A stretch of DNA of 64,000 nucleotides from Spirochaetota bacterium (GCA_051745285.1 JBNJDX010000005.1:303-64302), one strand, 5' to 3'; shown: positions 1 through 10,727, counted from the first letter of the stretch. Notes: generated from the letters alone by a model not told the origin. Translations and numbers: made by a program.

Positions 1-9
1 GGAGGCTCG

Positions 10-1719
10 GTGGGCAAGCATGTCTTTCGTGGGTATAAGGCTGAGGCTGAGAGGATCCTATACCGGAACTTATTTGATCATGCCAGTGATGGAATAGTTC
101 TCATGGACGAGAACTATCAGGTGTGTGAAGTAAATCAGAGTTTTTTAAAGATGTTTGATTTTGCCGAGGAGGAGCTTCTGGGCAATCCTCTCTATCAGTA
201 TATTCTCACTTCTGAGTACGCGAATAAAGAACTTCCCGACGCTCTTATCCGAGTTGATCAGGACCAGTATGAGACCGTTCGTACTCGTAAAAACGGTATG
301 CCGGTAGTAGTGCGCATATCGACATTTACATTGGAACTGCCAACTGAAGGCGGGTATAAGACCTATATCTGTTCCCAGTACACAGACATTACCGAAAAGC
401 AGGAGAGTGAACGACGAATCCGGGAGCTGGCCTATTATGATTCATTGACGTCCCTTCCGAATCGGTATCTGCTCGAATCCCGTGTTTCCGAAATGCTGAT
501 GGTTCCAGGCATGCGCCAATTCTCGTTTGTCTACATGGATCTGAACGGGTTTAAACATATTAACGATACCCTGGGACACGAGTTTGGCGATGAGCTGCTC
601 ATAGCTTTCAGTAAGCGTGTCCGGGGGAATATCAAAGAGGATGATTTTTTTGCCCGTATGGGCGGGGACGAATTTGTTCTGCTGCTCCCAAAGACTCCCC
701 GGGAGCACGCCAGTAAAGTCATTGAACGTATCAATGAGCTGCTCAACAATCCTTTCCACATTAAGGGCCAGCGTGTTTTTGTCGGGCTTGCTGCCGGTAT
801 TGCCGCTTTTCCAGACGATGCTGCCTCTCCCGATGAACTCTACCGGTTTTCTGACATTGCTATGTATACTGCCAAGCAGAAAAAACTGCCCTATCTGTAT
901 TACGATCAGGAGATGCAGAAACAATACAAAGAGCGTATGGAACTCGAGCAGCAACTAGTCGAGGCTTTAAAGCAAGATGAGCAGTTTGTACTCCACTACC
1001 TGCCAGTCTATGATCTTAAGGAAGAGCGATTTGTCTCTTTTGAAGCCCTCTGTCGTTGGGATCACCCCCAGGAAGGGGTCATTCCCTCAGCGCGCTTTAT
1101 TCCCATTGCGGAAGATTCACAGCTTATTTATCGATTGGGACGGCTAGTATTGGACAAGGTGTTCAAGCAGTCACATCTTTGGGTGTCAGAGGGATATGAT
1201 TTTCTTACCTCGGTGAACCTCTCAGCCAAAGAACTGCTGCTTGCCGAGACAATTGATTATATTGAGGAGTTAGTTGGAAAGTATCCTGGTATCCAAAAGA
1301 GGTTAGAAATTGAAATCACCGAAGCTGCCTCCCTTATTGATGCACAGCAGGGTAGGGATGCTGTTGGCCGGCTTAAAGCTATGGGGTTCAAAATCATACT
1401 GGATGACTTTGGTATAGGCTACTCGTCTCTCAATTTTCTCAGGGATTTGCGGGCTGACAGCATAAAAGTCGATAAGCATCTCATCGATGATGTAAAACAT
1501 GCCAATTCGACTGGATTGATACTGAAGGGACTGCTGCATTTGGCGCATACGCTCGGCGTTGAAGTGATTGCTGAGGGCATTTCCACCCAGGAGCAGCGGG
1601 ATACGCTTGCAGGGCTGGGCTTCCGGTATATGCAGGGATTCCTATTCAGTAAGCCCCTGGTAGCCGATCAGGTTCCTGCCTTGGTTAAAAATAAACAGTT
1701 GTCAGCTATCGTAAGCTAG
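10..1719 (+). CDS. PAS-GGDEF-EAL signalling protein (diguanylate cyclase/phosphodiesterase)
   Basis: 569-aa ORF. PAS-like N-terminus (YRNLFDHASDGIVLMD). Intact GGDEF (RMGGDEFVLL) and EAL (FEALCRWDHP, DDFGIGYSSL) motifs. GGAGG at 1-5 precedes GTG-10. The frame stays open to the window edge, so a longer 5'-truncated gene cannot be excluded. Confidence 0.85.
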   Translation: MGKHVFRGYKAEAERILYRNLFDHASDGIVLMDENYQVCEVNQSFLKMFDFAEEELLGNPLYQYILTSEYANKELPDALIRVDQDQYETVRTRKNGMPVVVRISTFTLELPTEGGYKTYICSQYTDITEKQESERRIRELAYYDSLTSLPNRYLLESRVSEMLMVPGMRQFSFVYMDLNGFKHINDTLGHEFGDELLIAFSKRVRGNIKEDDFFARMGGDEFVLLLPKTPREHASKVIERINELLNNPFHIKGQRVFVGLAAGIAAFPDDAASPDELYRFSDIAMYTAKQKKLPYLYYDQEMQKQYKERMELEQQLVEALKQDEQFVLHYLPVYDLKEERFVSFEALCRWDHPQEGVIPSARFIPIAEDSQLIYRLGRLVLDKVFKQSHLWVSEGYDFLTSVNLSAKELLLAETIDYIEELVGKYPGIQKRLEIEITEAASLIDAQQGRDAVGRLKAMGFKIILDDFGIGYSSLNFLRDLRADSIKVDKHLIDDVKHANSTGLILKGLLHLAHTLGVEVIAEGISTQEQRDTLAGLGFRYMQGFLFSKPLVADQVPALVKNKQLSAIVS

Positions 1720-1887
1720 CCTGTGTCAGAACAACATGTTTTAAAAGGGGCTTTTTGACCCTGTGTGTCATAAAGATACATATAAAATTGTAACAAGTGG
1801 GCAATACTAGCTAACAGTCTGTTGAGAACAAATATAATTCTATATTATACATCAAAATACTTTTTATCCCGCGACATGCTGAAATGT

Positions 1888-1903
1888 TGGCACGCCTTTT
1901 GCT
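1888..1903 (+). promoter_or_regulatory. sigma-54 (RpoN) -24/-12 promoter upstream of hsp20
   Basis: TGGCACGCCTTTTGCT fits TGGCAC-N5-TTGC exactly (GG 1889-1890, GC 1901-1902). It lies about 45 nt before the hsp20 ATG. No convincing -35/-10 pair is nearby. Confidence 0.6.
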
Positions 1904-1947
1904 TATAGGTAAGTGAAAAGCAAGAATAAATAACACGGAGGTGTGCT

Positions 1948-2400
1948 ATGAGATATTTAGTTCCGAGAAACAGAAGAAATGATAATGTGGGATTCTTGGA
2001 TGATTTCGACCGCTTTTTTGAGAATTTCTGGAATCTGGCACCTGAAGCAGCACCGGAGAGGAACAAAACTCCGTTAGTGGATGTACGGGAGACCGATAGC
2101 GAGTATGTACTTGAAGCAGAGATTCCAGGCTACAGCGAGGATAACGTCGATGTAAACGTTGACAACCATGTACTTCACATCTCTTCCAAGAAAGAGGAGG
2201 ATCGTACAGAAGGTGGTGAGGACAAAGGCTATGTTCTGAAAGAGAGAAAGAGTTACTCCTTTGACCGCAGCTTTGTGCTTCCGGAAAATGTGGACGAAGA
2301 TAAGATCAAGGGAACCTTTAAGAATGGTATCCTCACCCTGACGATGCCCAAGAAGGAAGAGAAGAAACCCAAGAAGGTTAACGTGAAGCTTGAGTCCTAA
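1948..2400 (+). CDS. small heat shock protein, Hsp20/alpha-crystallin family
   Basis: 150 aa. Alpha-crystallin domain (VDVRETDSEYVLEAEIPG ... FKNGILTLTMPK). SD GGAGG upstream. Confidence 0.92.
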   Translation: MRYLVPRNRRNDNVGFLDDFDRFFENFWNLAPEAAPERNKTPLVDVRETDSEYVLEAEIPGYSEDNVDVNVDNHVLHISSKKEEDRTEGGEDKGYVLKERKSYSFDRSFVLPENVDEDKIKGTFKNGILTLTMPKKEEKKPKKVNVKLES

Positions 2401-2445
2401 GGTGTGTTGATCCACCGCATGTGAAGTGACCATCTAGACAGACGT

Positions 2446-2477
2446 GAAAAAGGCCGGCAAATTGCCGGTCTTTTTTT
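2446..2477. terminator. bidirectional intrinsic terminator between convergent hsp20 and lipoprotein genes
   Basis: GC-rich hairpin GGCCGGC/GCCGGTC flanked by an A-run (2446-2451) and a T-run (2471-2477). Confidence 0.6.
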
Positions 2478-2501
2478 AGGTGGTGCGCTAAAAGCCCGGG
2501 T

Positions 2502-3224
2502 CTACCACGTTACAGAGTAGCTCACAGGTTCGGCAAGCAGGAGAAAATCTATCATGGGGAGAGTAAAACGAATGCGGTTTTCTTCGATAACTTCACCCCC
2601 TTCATGATCTTTAATAGGGGTGTTTGTATTTATAATCAGGGTTATCTCAGAACGCATAACTGCATCCGGTCCCTCTTCACCGAGGAGATAGCTGATCATA
2701 TCCAGATAATCTTCCTGAGAGACTCCTTCATTTTCTTCAGGGCCGAATGTAGCAAATGATTCATCTTTGAGAAGAGGAATAAGTTCAGTTAATTCCCCGT
2801 AGGTTTCGAGATCAAGATACATTGAAAGAGTCGTTGTGTCTTCTTCCTTCTCAAAGGTAAACAGGGATTCAAGCTTCAGCTCATCGTCAAAGTCGTTGAA
2901 AAAACGTTCGGCATCGATGAACTGGAAGGTGCCGATATAATGGTTTTCCTCAATTTCGACAATGTCAGCGTACCGGGTATAGGGGGACTCATTCAGGGAG
3001 TTCTGAACTTCCTCAATATTCATCTCCGTGATGTCTGAATCCTCATCTTCGGCGAAGACGGTAAAGTCCTCGACAACCTCGTTAAAGAACTCTTCGACAG
3101 TCACATCAATTTCAACGGCGCCCGAGTCATCGGCTTCAATGTATATTTCCTGCCTGATGGTGCAGGAACTGAGTGCTGCTAGAGCGAGGGCTACGAATAT
3201 AAGAAGTCTCAATAGGCGTTTCAT
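2502..3224 (-). CDS. acidic lipoprotein of unknown function
   Basis: Signal peptide plus lipobox (LAALSS-C). The mature part is very D/E-rich. Start placed at ATG 3224 because the track ORF start (TTG 3236) abuts the SD. Confidence 0.6.
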   Translation of the reverse strand: MKRLLRLLIFVALALAALSSCTIRQEIYIEADDSGAVEIDVTVEEFFNEVVEDFTVFAEDEDSDITEMNIEEVQNSLNESPYTRYADIVEIEENHYIGTFQFIDAERFFNDFDDELKLESLFTFEKEEDTTTLSMYLDLETYGELTELIPLLKDESFATFGPEENEGVSQEDYLDMISYLLGEEGPDAVMRSEITLIINTNTPIKDHEGGEVIEENRIRFTLPMIDFLLLAEPVSYSVTW

Positions 3225-3419
3225 ACAGGTCCTCAATCTCTCCTTCTGCTCAGTTCGCAGAAGGGTAGGTGTTACGACTTACTATACAGAAGCAATGAGA
3301 ATATTCAAGGTTACATAACCGACGGGGTCGAATTTTCCCTCTGTTAGCCTTGTGAAAGCAGAAAAAACGGTGCAATATAGGGGTATCATCCCGAAAACAA
3401 CAGAGAGAGAGCTACTGCC

Positions 3420-5786
3420 ATGGAACAGCAATCGTTTTATTATAAGTTGGTAAGATTCTCACAGCGCTATGCAAAAGTCATTATTGTTGTCGCTGTACTG
3501 ATTACACTGCTTTTCGGCTATGCGGCCCTCAGCATCAAGCTCAATGCCGACTATGATGCCCTGTTACCCGATGACAATATCACGAATCAGCATTTCAGCC
3601 AGTATTATACCGACGAGGAAGCCACTGGTTCAATAATTCTCACCTATCGCAGCGATCAGATGTACAGACCCGAAGTTCTCGAACTGCTTCAGTCCGTCGT
3701 TACCCAGATCGAGGCTTTTGATAATATCTCCACAGGGACCCATCCCTTCTCAATGGTTACCGCCGAGGATCGTGGCGGCAGGATTATAGTTGTCCCCATC
3801 AATTCAAATCCCGATGGTGATAGCTGGACTAATGAGGAGGCACGGATTTTCAAGGAACGATTGCTCCAGGATGTTGTTGCCCAAAACTTGATTGTATCCG
3901 AAGACGGTACAATGATGATGCTCATCTTCCCGGTTTCAGAGCTTCGGGATGATAATACCGAGCAGGTTGCTTCTATAAAAGAGATTATCGAGCCCTTGGA
4001 AGAATTTGGAGTGGCCCGGCTAAATGGTACGATGCCCATAACAAGCAGGGTGGAATTCCTCCTGGTGAGGGATCTTGCAACTTTGCTGGGATTCTCTTTT
4101 CTGGTTATCATGCTCGTCTACTATTTCAGTTTCAGAGCAAAACGGGCGGTGTTTCTCCCCCTTTCTGTAGTGCTCATGGGGGTAATCTGGTCGCTCGGTA
4201 TCATGTCTCTGCTGGGGTTTAAACTGACGATCTTCAACATTGTAACTCCGCCGCTAGTACTGACGTTGGGAAGCTCCTACAGTATCCACATGCTCAATGA
4301 ATACTATCGTGCCAGTGTTGAACACTCTGGCGGTGATACCGATGATGCATGGATTGTTGAAGCTGTCGTTCATATCAGCAAGACGATTGTACTTGCCTGT
4401 GTTACCACGGTAGCCGGTTTCTTAAGTCTTTTAGTAACCCAGCTTTCTCAATTCAGAGAGTTTGGCCTCTCCACTGCCATTGGTATCACCGTGTGTGCCG
4501 TGTTAACGCTCTTTTACCTGCCAGCCTTGCTTCACCAGCTCCCAACTCCCAAGGAAGTTCATAAGCGCCAGGTCAGTGAGGGCGGATTAACCAAGATCAT
4601 CAGCTCGATAAGTGAACATGTGATGCGACACTGGCCGGTTATTCTGGTGGCTTTCGGCCTGATCATCGTCGCCTTTATCATTGCTTTTCCGCTTGTCAGT
4701 TTTGAGACGAATTATTCCCGGTATTTTGCCAAGGATGATCCGATGCTCATCAGCTCCAAAGCCTTCAACCGCACTATCGGAGGGGCTGAGACCATGTATG
4801 TAACCCTGGACGCACCCTCGGAGAGCAAGGATTATTTTCTTGATCCTGAAGTGCTCAAGGACGTCCACGCCTTTGAGACCAGTGTCATGAAGCAAAACGA
4901 AGATATAACGCATTTGCTCTCATTTCCCCGTTATGTCTCCTACCTGCACGGGGTCTCTCAGGGAGAGGAACGTATACCCGAAACCAGGGGACTGGTGATG
5001 CTGATGTCGCGCTTTTTGCGTCTGGTTGAACAGATGGACGGCAATAATGCGGAGATGGAGATGCTGGTCAACGACGATCACAGCCGACTGATCATAGCTT
5101 ATCACTATCGTGATGCTGAGACGATGGGACCCCCCGGTCTGGCGAATGCACAAGGCATTCTTGCAACGATAGAGGAAAAGCGGAACATGCTTCCGGAGGA
5201 AGTCACAGTAACTCCGTGGGGGAACGGCAGGCGTTTCATCGCCTTGAGCGAGTTGATCGAGAGTGATCAGCGGGTTTCAACTCTGTTCTCAACACTCGTT
5301 GTCTTTCTCATAACGGCGATAACATTTAAGTCGCTCGGTTTCGGGCTTTTCTCAATTATCCCGATTGCCGTCGGTATTATGGCCAACTACGTGTTCATGG
5401 TCCTGTTTCAGATCCCCTTCGATATGATTACCATGGGATTTTCAAGTGTTACTGTCGGAGTTGGAATTGATGACGCTATCCACTTTATCATCAGGTTCAA
5501 GGAGGTTCGCCGGTCCGATCCTGGTGAGGATCTCAAAGCAGTTATGCGTAAGACCATACGGCTGACCGGACGGCCGATTGCCCTCACTTCAATTTCCATT
5601 ATTGCCGGTCTGCTGGTGCTTTCCTTTGCTAGTTTCATGCCGGTACGGTATTTCGGGATCCTCATCTCGATTGCTCTGCTTAACACGCTGCTGGCTACGC
5701 TATTTATTCTACCGGCTTGTATGTATGCGGGACTGACAGCACATGAACGAATTCGAAAAGCGAGAGGCGGTCAGCTGCGGCCGTAA
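3420..5786 (+). CDS. RND-superfamily (MMPL/COG1033-type) exporter
   Basis: 788 aa. Two repeats, each a large soluble loop followed by a block of hydrophobic helices, as in MMPL/RND exporters. Confidence 0.8.
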   Translation: MEQQSFYYKLVRFSQRYAKVIIVVAVLITLLFGYAALSIKLNADYDALLPDDNITNQHFSQYYTDEEATGSIILTYRSDQMYRPEVLELLQSVVTQIEAFDNISTGTHPFSMVTAEDRGGRIIVVPINSNPDGDSWTNEEARIFKERLLQDVVAQNLIVSEDGTMMMLIFPVSELRDDNTEQVASIKEIIEPLEEFGVARLNGTMPITSRVEFLLVRDLATLLGFSFLVIMLVYYFSFRAKRAVFLPLSVVLMGVIWSLGIMSLLGFKLTIFNIVTPPLVLTLGSSYSIHMLNEYYRASVEHSGGDTDDAWIVEAVVHISKTIVLACVTTVAGFLSLLVTQLSQFREFGLSTAIGITVCAVLTLFYLPALLHQLPTPKEVHKRQVSEGGLTKIISSISEHVMRHWPVILVAFGLIIVAFIIAFPLVSFETNYSRYFAKDDPMLISSKAFNRTIGGAETMYVTLDAPSESKDYFLDPEVLKDVHAFETSVMKQNEDITHLLSFPRYVSYLHGVSQGEERIPETRGLVMLMSRFLRLVEQMDGNNAEMEMLVNDDHSRLIIAYHYRDAETMGPPGLANAQGILATIEEKRNMLPEEVTVTPWGNGRRFIALSELIESDQRVSTLFSTLVVFLITAITFKSLGFGLFSIIPIAVGIMANYVFMVLFQIPFDMITMGFSSVTVGVGIDDAIHFIIRFKEVRRSDPGEDLKAVMRKTIRLTGRPIALTSISIIAGLLVLSFASFMPVRYFGILISIALLNTLLATLFILPACMYAGLTAHERIRKARGGQLRP

Positions 5787-6442
5787 TAGCGGTCCTCCAG
5801 CTGCGCTCGGCGGTAGAGCCTGTTCAGGTGTTTCCAGCTGCTCCACAGAAGCGGGATGATGAGAAAACCGAGCAGGGACTGGGTCATGAGAAGAAAGTTG
5901 TAGAGTCCGTGAATCATCACGGCAATCACAAGGCCTTTCAAGGAGGAAACCGACGTTTCAAATTTGGCCGCCCCGATGTAATACCCCATGATGCCCGAAG
6001 CCACGGCATGAAGAGGAACAGCGGTTATCCCCCGGAGCAGAGCTACAGTTACGGGTGATTGTGCACTGTACATGATGTTTTCAAACAGGGCAAACCCCAT
6101 ACTGGCAGCAATGGTGTACACGATACCGTCGGTAGTCTCATCAAAGGCACTTCTGGGGCGCAAGAGCAGTACAACTACAAGATATTTGCTTGTCTCCTCC
6201 ACAAGGGCCGCTGTCACAAATCCCATAAACAGAGCATATCCTATCAATGACATATCAGCAGCAACTGAAGCAAGTACCGTCTCAAGCAAAGCGACAGGGA
6301 AAATAACGGCGATCCCGGTAAGACATGCAAATATCACCAGCCGGCCGGGTTCTCTCTGGTAGGTGTCTTTACGGTAAAAACGAACCAGCAGATATAATGC
6401 AGGGAGAACGGCGAGAACTACATTGATTGTTAGTATCTGCAT
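5771..6442 (-). CDS. PrsW-family intramembrane metalloprotease
   Basis: 223-aa polytopic protein with VEETSKY, FALFEN and HGLYNF motifs typical of PrsW-like proteases. Its 3' end overlaps the exporter gene by 16 bp (convergent). Confidence 0.72.
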   Translation of the reverse strand: MQILTINVVLAVLPALYLLVRFYRKDTYQREPGRLVIFACLTGIAVIFPVALLETVLASVAADMSLIGYALFMGFVTAALVEETSKYLVVVLLLRPRSAFDETTDGIVYTIAASMGFALFENIMYSAQSPVTVALLRGITAVPLHAVASGIMGYYIGAAKFETSVSSLKGLVIAVMIHGLYNFLLMTQSLLGFLIIPLLWSSWKHLNRLYRRAQLEDRYYGRS

Positions 6443-6605
6443 GGCAAACTCCTTGTCCTGCTAGTGCGGTAGAACTGTTATCCTACGTCAAGATGAGAAA
6501 AGAGAAAAGAGACATCTCTTGCCGTTAGCGGTAACTTGTAAGTATCTTATGTAGTGTTCACACCGACACTGCTTTTCAATTCATGTCTGATTTGATGGTC
6601 TCATG

Positions 6606-6652
6606 CACTGCTTTTTGTGGCGGGGATGGTATGCCCCGGGCAAAAAGCAGTG
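6606..6652 (+). promoter_or_regulatory. perfect 12-bp inverted repeat (extended hairpin) in the clpB upstream region
   Basis: CACTGCTTTTTG (6606-6617) and CAAAAAGCAGTG (6641-6652) flank an inner CGGGG/CCCCG stem. A third direct copy, CACTGCTTTT, lies at 6566-6575. Confidence 0.5.
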
Positions 6653-6687
6653 TGGTGTGAAACCCATAGATTGAGAGAGGTACATAT

Positions 6688-9252
6688 ATGAGAATTGACA
6701 AAATGACGGTAAAACTGCAGGAAGCTCTGCAGGAGGCAGATTCGCTTGCCAGAGAACATAATCACGGCTCGGTGGGAACCGAGCATCTGATACAGAGTCT
6801 GCTCTCCCAGGAGGACGGGATCATCCGTCCTATTCTAGATAATATAGGCTCTGATGCGCGCATGATCGAGAATAGGTTGAAGCAGCGACTGCAAGCTATG
6901 CCGAGAACATACGGGGCAGGGCAGGGCCAGACTTCGATAACCAACGAGTTAGCCGGATTCTTGTATGAGGCTGAGAAGGAAGCTGCTGCTCTGAAAGACG
7001 ATTATACAAGCACAGAGCATTTACTGCTTGCAGTCGTCAAAGGCCAAGGTCCCGTCTCCGAGCTGCTTCAATCAGCAGGAGTCAGGGAGCAGGGGGTACT
7101 GCAGGCGCTCAAGTCGGTTCGTGGAAGCCAGCGAGTCTCTGACCAGAACCCTGAGGCAAAATACCAGGCCCTAGACAAATACTGTAAAGATCTCACGAAG
7201 CTTGCCCGGCAGGAGAAACTAGATCCGGTCATTGGGCGAGACGAGGAGATTCGTCGCGTGATGCAAGTGCTCTCGAGACGAACGAAAAACAATCCGGTTC
7301 TCATTGGTGAGCCCGGGGTTGGCAAAACGGCAATCGCCGAAGGACTGGCGCGCCGAATTGTCTCTGGGGACGTGCCAGACATGCTTAAGACAAAGAGGCT
7401 GCTCGCCCTTGATCTCGGAGCTCTGGTAGCAGGAGCAAAATTCCGGGGAGAGTTTGAAGAGCGTCTGAAAGCTGTTGTGAAGGAGATCGAGGACTCAGAC
7501 GGCGGGATCATTCTCTTTATTGATGAGCTTCACACCGTAGTTGGCACGGGTGCGGCTGAAGGGGCGACCGATGCCTCCAACCTTCTCAAGCCGGCGCTCG
7601 CTCGCGGGGATCTGAGAGCTATCGGGGCCACCACGCTGAATGAATATCGTAAGTATATCGAAAAGGATCCCGCTCTTGAACGAAGGTTTCAGCAGGTCTA
7701 CACCAATGAGCCCTCTGTAACGAGCACGGTAGCTATCCTCAGGGGACTCAAGGAGCGCTACGAGGTGCACCACGGTGTGCGGATAAAAGATGAGGCTCTC
7801 GTAGCCGCAGCTGAACTCTCTGATCGCTACATCACCTCCCGGTTTCTGCCGGATAAGGCAATTGACTTAGTCGATGAAGCTGCCAGCCGGATGAAGATGG
7901 AAATTGAGAGCCAGCCGCTTGAGCTTGACAAGATTGAGCGCAGGATACTCCAGCTCACTATTGAAAAGCAGGCTCTCTCCCGAGAGGAGGAGACTGCGGC
8001 CGTTGAACGACGTACCAAGATTGAGAAGGAACTGGCTGACTTGTATGCTGAACGCGACAGTATGCAGATGCAGTGGCAGAATGAGAAAAAGATCATTGAT
8101 AACATCCGGTCCAAGAAAGCCCGGCTGGAAAGTCTCAAGGCAGAGGAGAAACAGGCTGAACGCGATGGAAACCTTAACAGAGCTGCTGAAATTAAACATG
8201 GTGAGGTTCCGGCGCTCACGAAAGAGATCAACGACCTCAGTTCGGAATTGCAGAACATTCAAGGCGAGCGGCAGTTGCTGAGGGAGGAAGTCTCTGAGGA
8301 TGATATTGCCAGTGTTGTGTCCAATTGGACTGGTATCCCTGTTTCGAAGATGCTTTCAAGCGAGATTGAGAAGTATCTGAAACTTGAGGAGATTTTATCA
8401 CGGCGTGTTGTCGGGCAGGAGGCTGCCATCAAGGCTGTGTCCCATGCAATACGTCGAAACAAGACAGGAGTCAGTGACGAGAATCGTCCGCTTGGGTCCT
8501 TCATGTGTATAGGGCCTACAGGAGTGGGGAAAACCGAGCTTGCCAGGACGCTGGCTGACTTTCTCTTTGACGACGAGCGGGCGCTTATGCGGATAGACAT
8601 GAGTGAGTATATGGAAAAACATACCGTTTCGCGGCTCATTGGAGCGCCCCCCGGCTACGTTGGATATGACCAGGGGGGCCAGCTTACCGAGTCTGTGCGG
8701 CGGCGTCCCTATTCGGTCGTACTGTTCGACGAAATCGAGAAGGCGCATCCGGATGTGTTTAATGTACTGCTGCAGTTGCTCGACGATGGCAGGCTGACCG
8801 ATGGACAGGGAAGAGTAGTTGATTTTAGGAATGTGATTATCATCATGACGAGCAACCTCGGCAGTGATCTGATCTTACAGAGTGAGTCAATTCAGGAGGT
8901 TTCGCAGGATATCGATCAGATGCTCAAACGGACATTCAAGCCGGAATTCCTGAACCGAATTGATGAAGTTCTGTTGTTTGAACGGCTCAACCGGGAAGCT
9001 ATCAAATCTATTGTTGAAATTCAGCTCGGGCGGCTGGAAACCCGGCTTGCACGCAAATCGGTCACGGTTCATTTTACCGATGAACTTATCGACCACATTG
9101 CCGAAGTCGGCTATGACCCGGCCTACGGGGCGCGGCCGGTTAAGCGGGCGATACAGACGCTTGTCGAGAATCAGCTTGCAAGATACATGCTCGAAGGCGA
9201 GTACAGTGAACTGACAGTAGGGTTTGAAAACGGCGAAGTTACCATTTCGTAA
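6688..9252 (+). CDS. clpB: ATP-dependent chaperone ClpB
   Basis: 854 aa. Clp N-domain, two AAA+ modules ([18 protein letters not shown]) and a long coiled-coil middle domain. Confidence 0.97.
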   Translation: MRIDKMTVKLQEALQEADSLAREHNHGSVGTEHLIQSLLSQEDGIIRPILDNIGSDARMIENRLKQRLQAMPRTYGAGQGQTSITNELAGFLYEAEKEAAALKDDYTSTEHLLLAVVKGQGPVSELLQSAGVREQGVLQALKSVRGSQRVSDQNPEAKYQALDKYCKDLTKLARQEKLDPVIGRDEEIRRVMQVLSRRTKNNPVLIGEPGVGKTAIAEGLARRIVSGDVPDMLKTKRLLALDLGALVAGAKFRGEFEERLKAVVKEIEDSDGGIILFIDELHTVVGTGAAEGATDASNLLKPALARGDLRAIGATTLNEYRKYIEKDPALERRFQQVYTNEPSVTSTVAILRGLKERYEVHHGVRIKDEALVAAAELSDRYITSRFLPDKAIDLVDEAASRMKMEIESQPLELDKIERRILQLTIEKQALSREEETAAVERRTKIEKELADLYAERDSMQMQWQNEKKIIDNIRSKKARLESLKAEEKQAERDGNLNRAAEIKHGEVPALTKEINDLSSELQNIQGERQLLREEVSEDDIASVVSNWTGIPVSKMLSSEIEKYLKLEEILSRRVVGQEAAIKAVSHAIRRNKTGVSDENRPLGSFMCIGPTGVGKTELARTLADFLFDDERALMRIDMSEYMEKHTVSRLIGAPPGYVGYDQGGQLTESVRRRPYSVVLFDEIEKAHPDVFNVLLQLLDDGRLTDGQGRVVDFRNVIIIMTSNLGSDLILQSESIQEVSQDIDQMLKRTFKPEFLNRIDEVLLFERLNREAIKSIVEIQLGRLETRLARKSVTVHFTDELIDHIAEVGYDPAYGARPVKRAIQTLVENQLARYMLEGEYSELTVGFENGEVTIS

Positions 9253-9853
9253 TGAGCTGCTGATAAGCCTCGGGGGTATCAACATCGAGAATGGCCCCCG
9301 GGGTCTCAGCCTCAATTTCCAGTACACGCAGCGACTCAAAGGCCTGCTGCATGGATGCGCCCGGCGGAAGGGTGAGTATAAGTTCCCGGGCAGCGGCTGA
9401 GAGCAGTACCGGGTGACCCGGGATACCGCGATACACCGGACGTATGGCATCAGGCCGCGGGGGTGGCGCTTGTTCAAACTCTTTCATAATCTCTGCAAAG
9501 AGTGAAGTCGGCAGACAGGGAAGGTCTCCGTGATGGATAAAGGCAACGTCCCTGCTGCTATGTTTCAGCCCCGTCTGGATCGAAGAGAACATCCCCTCGG
9601 TATAATTCCGGTTCGTGACAGCGGTGATTCGACCCTGTTCCCAGTATGTCGGAAAGGCTTCTGAGAGATGGCTGCGCAGTTCATCTCCGCGAAAGCCGGT
9701 TACTACGATGATCTGCTGTGCAATCTCGAGGGCGTGCTCGAGAGCATGGTCGATAATGGGGCGTCCCCGGTAGGGAAGCATCAGTTTCCAGTCTCCCATC
9801 CTGGAGGAGACCCCTGCTGCAGGCATAATACAGTCAATATGTGTGCGTTCCAT
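9239..9853 (-). CDS. MobA-like NTP transferase (molybdenum cofactor nucleotidyltransferase family)
   Basis: 204 aa. N-terminal [11 protein letters not shown] nucleotide-binding motif. Its 3' end overlaps clpB by 14 bp (convergent). Confidence 0.68.
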   Translation of the reverse strand: MERTHIDCIMPAAGVSSRMGDWKLMLPYRGRPIIDHALEHALEIAQQIIVVTGFRGDELRSHLSEAFPTYWEQGRITAVTNRNYTEGMFSSIQTGLKHSSRDVAFIHHGDLPCLPTSLFAEIMKEFEQAPPPRPDAIRPVYRGIPGHPVLLSAAARELILTLPPGASMQQAFESLRVLEIEAETPGAILDVDTPEAYQQLITKW

Positions 9854-9921
9854 GCTTACCTCGTCCGGAAGAATTCTAACATGATTGCAAAACTAATCCA
9901 ATCTCCATATAATGCCTACTC

Positions 9922-10686
9922 ATGATTGCAACCTACATAAACTGCCTTACCGTGCTCATTGGTTCCATTGTCGGTCTGGTGTTCAGGACCCGCATCAGAG
10001 AAGATTTCCGCAGTGTCATATTCGCCAGTGCCGGAATCATTTCACTGCTTGTGGGGCTTAACATGGCTCTGGCAACAAGCAGCTATTTGATGATACTCAT
10101 CGCAATAGCCGTTGGAGGTATGATCGGCTATCTGCTTGATCTCGAGGGGGCTATTCTTCGATTGGGGGATTCCTTTGAACGGCTGACGAGCAGGAAGAAG
10201 CGTGAGGACAATAAGCTGAAGCTGGAAACCGAAAAGGCTCTAGAGGTCGACTCGAGAAGTTTTGCCAAGGGATTTCTGGATGCTTCCATCCTCTTTTGTG
10301 CAGGGGCGATGACCATTGTGGGGGCCATTGAAGCCGGGACCCAGGGGAACTACGAGCTGATACTGCTTAAGTCTATCATGGACGGGTTTATGGCAATCAT
10401 GTTCACTGCAGCCTACGGTATCGGAGTGGCCTTTTCGATTATTACGATTCTCGTCTACCAGGGCGGCATAACTCTCGGTTCAGGCTGGCTTGCCCCCAGA
10501 ATCGGGGAGCTGGGACTGAATGAACTGTCCGCGGTCGGAGGGGTGCTGGTCCTTATGATTGGCTTCAACCTGCTCAGGGTGAAGGAGTTCAAGACTGCCA
10601 ATTTCCTGCCGGCGCTGGTGATTATTCTGGTGCTTACCTCTATCACCCCCTGGGTTTCAGGGGTGTATTATTCGATTGTCGGGTAA
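9922..10686 (+). CDS. DUF554-family membrane protein
   Basis: 254-aa polytopic protein. The N-terminus MIATYINCLTVLIGSIVG resembles YdfK/YqgA-type DUF554 proteins. Confidence 0.6.
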   Translation: MIATYINCLTVLIGSIVGLVFRTRIREDFRSVIFASAGIISLLVGLNMALATSSYLMILIAIAVGGMIGYLLDLEGAILRLGDSFERLTSRKKREDNKLKLETEKALEVDSRSFAKGFLDASILFCAGAMTIVGAIEAGTQGNYELILLKSIMDGFMAIMFTAAYGIGVAFSIITILVYQGGITLGSGWLAPRIGELGLNELSAVGGVLVLMIGFNLLRVKEFKTANFLPALVIILVLTSITPWVSGVYYSIVG

Positions 10687-10727
10687 ACCTGCCAAAGTTC
10701 TGTCACAGTGATTTCCACTCACGCCTG

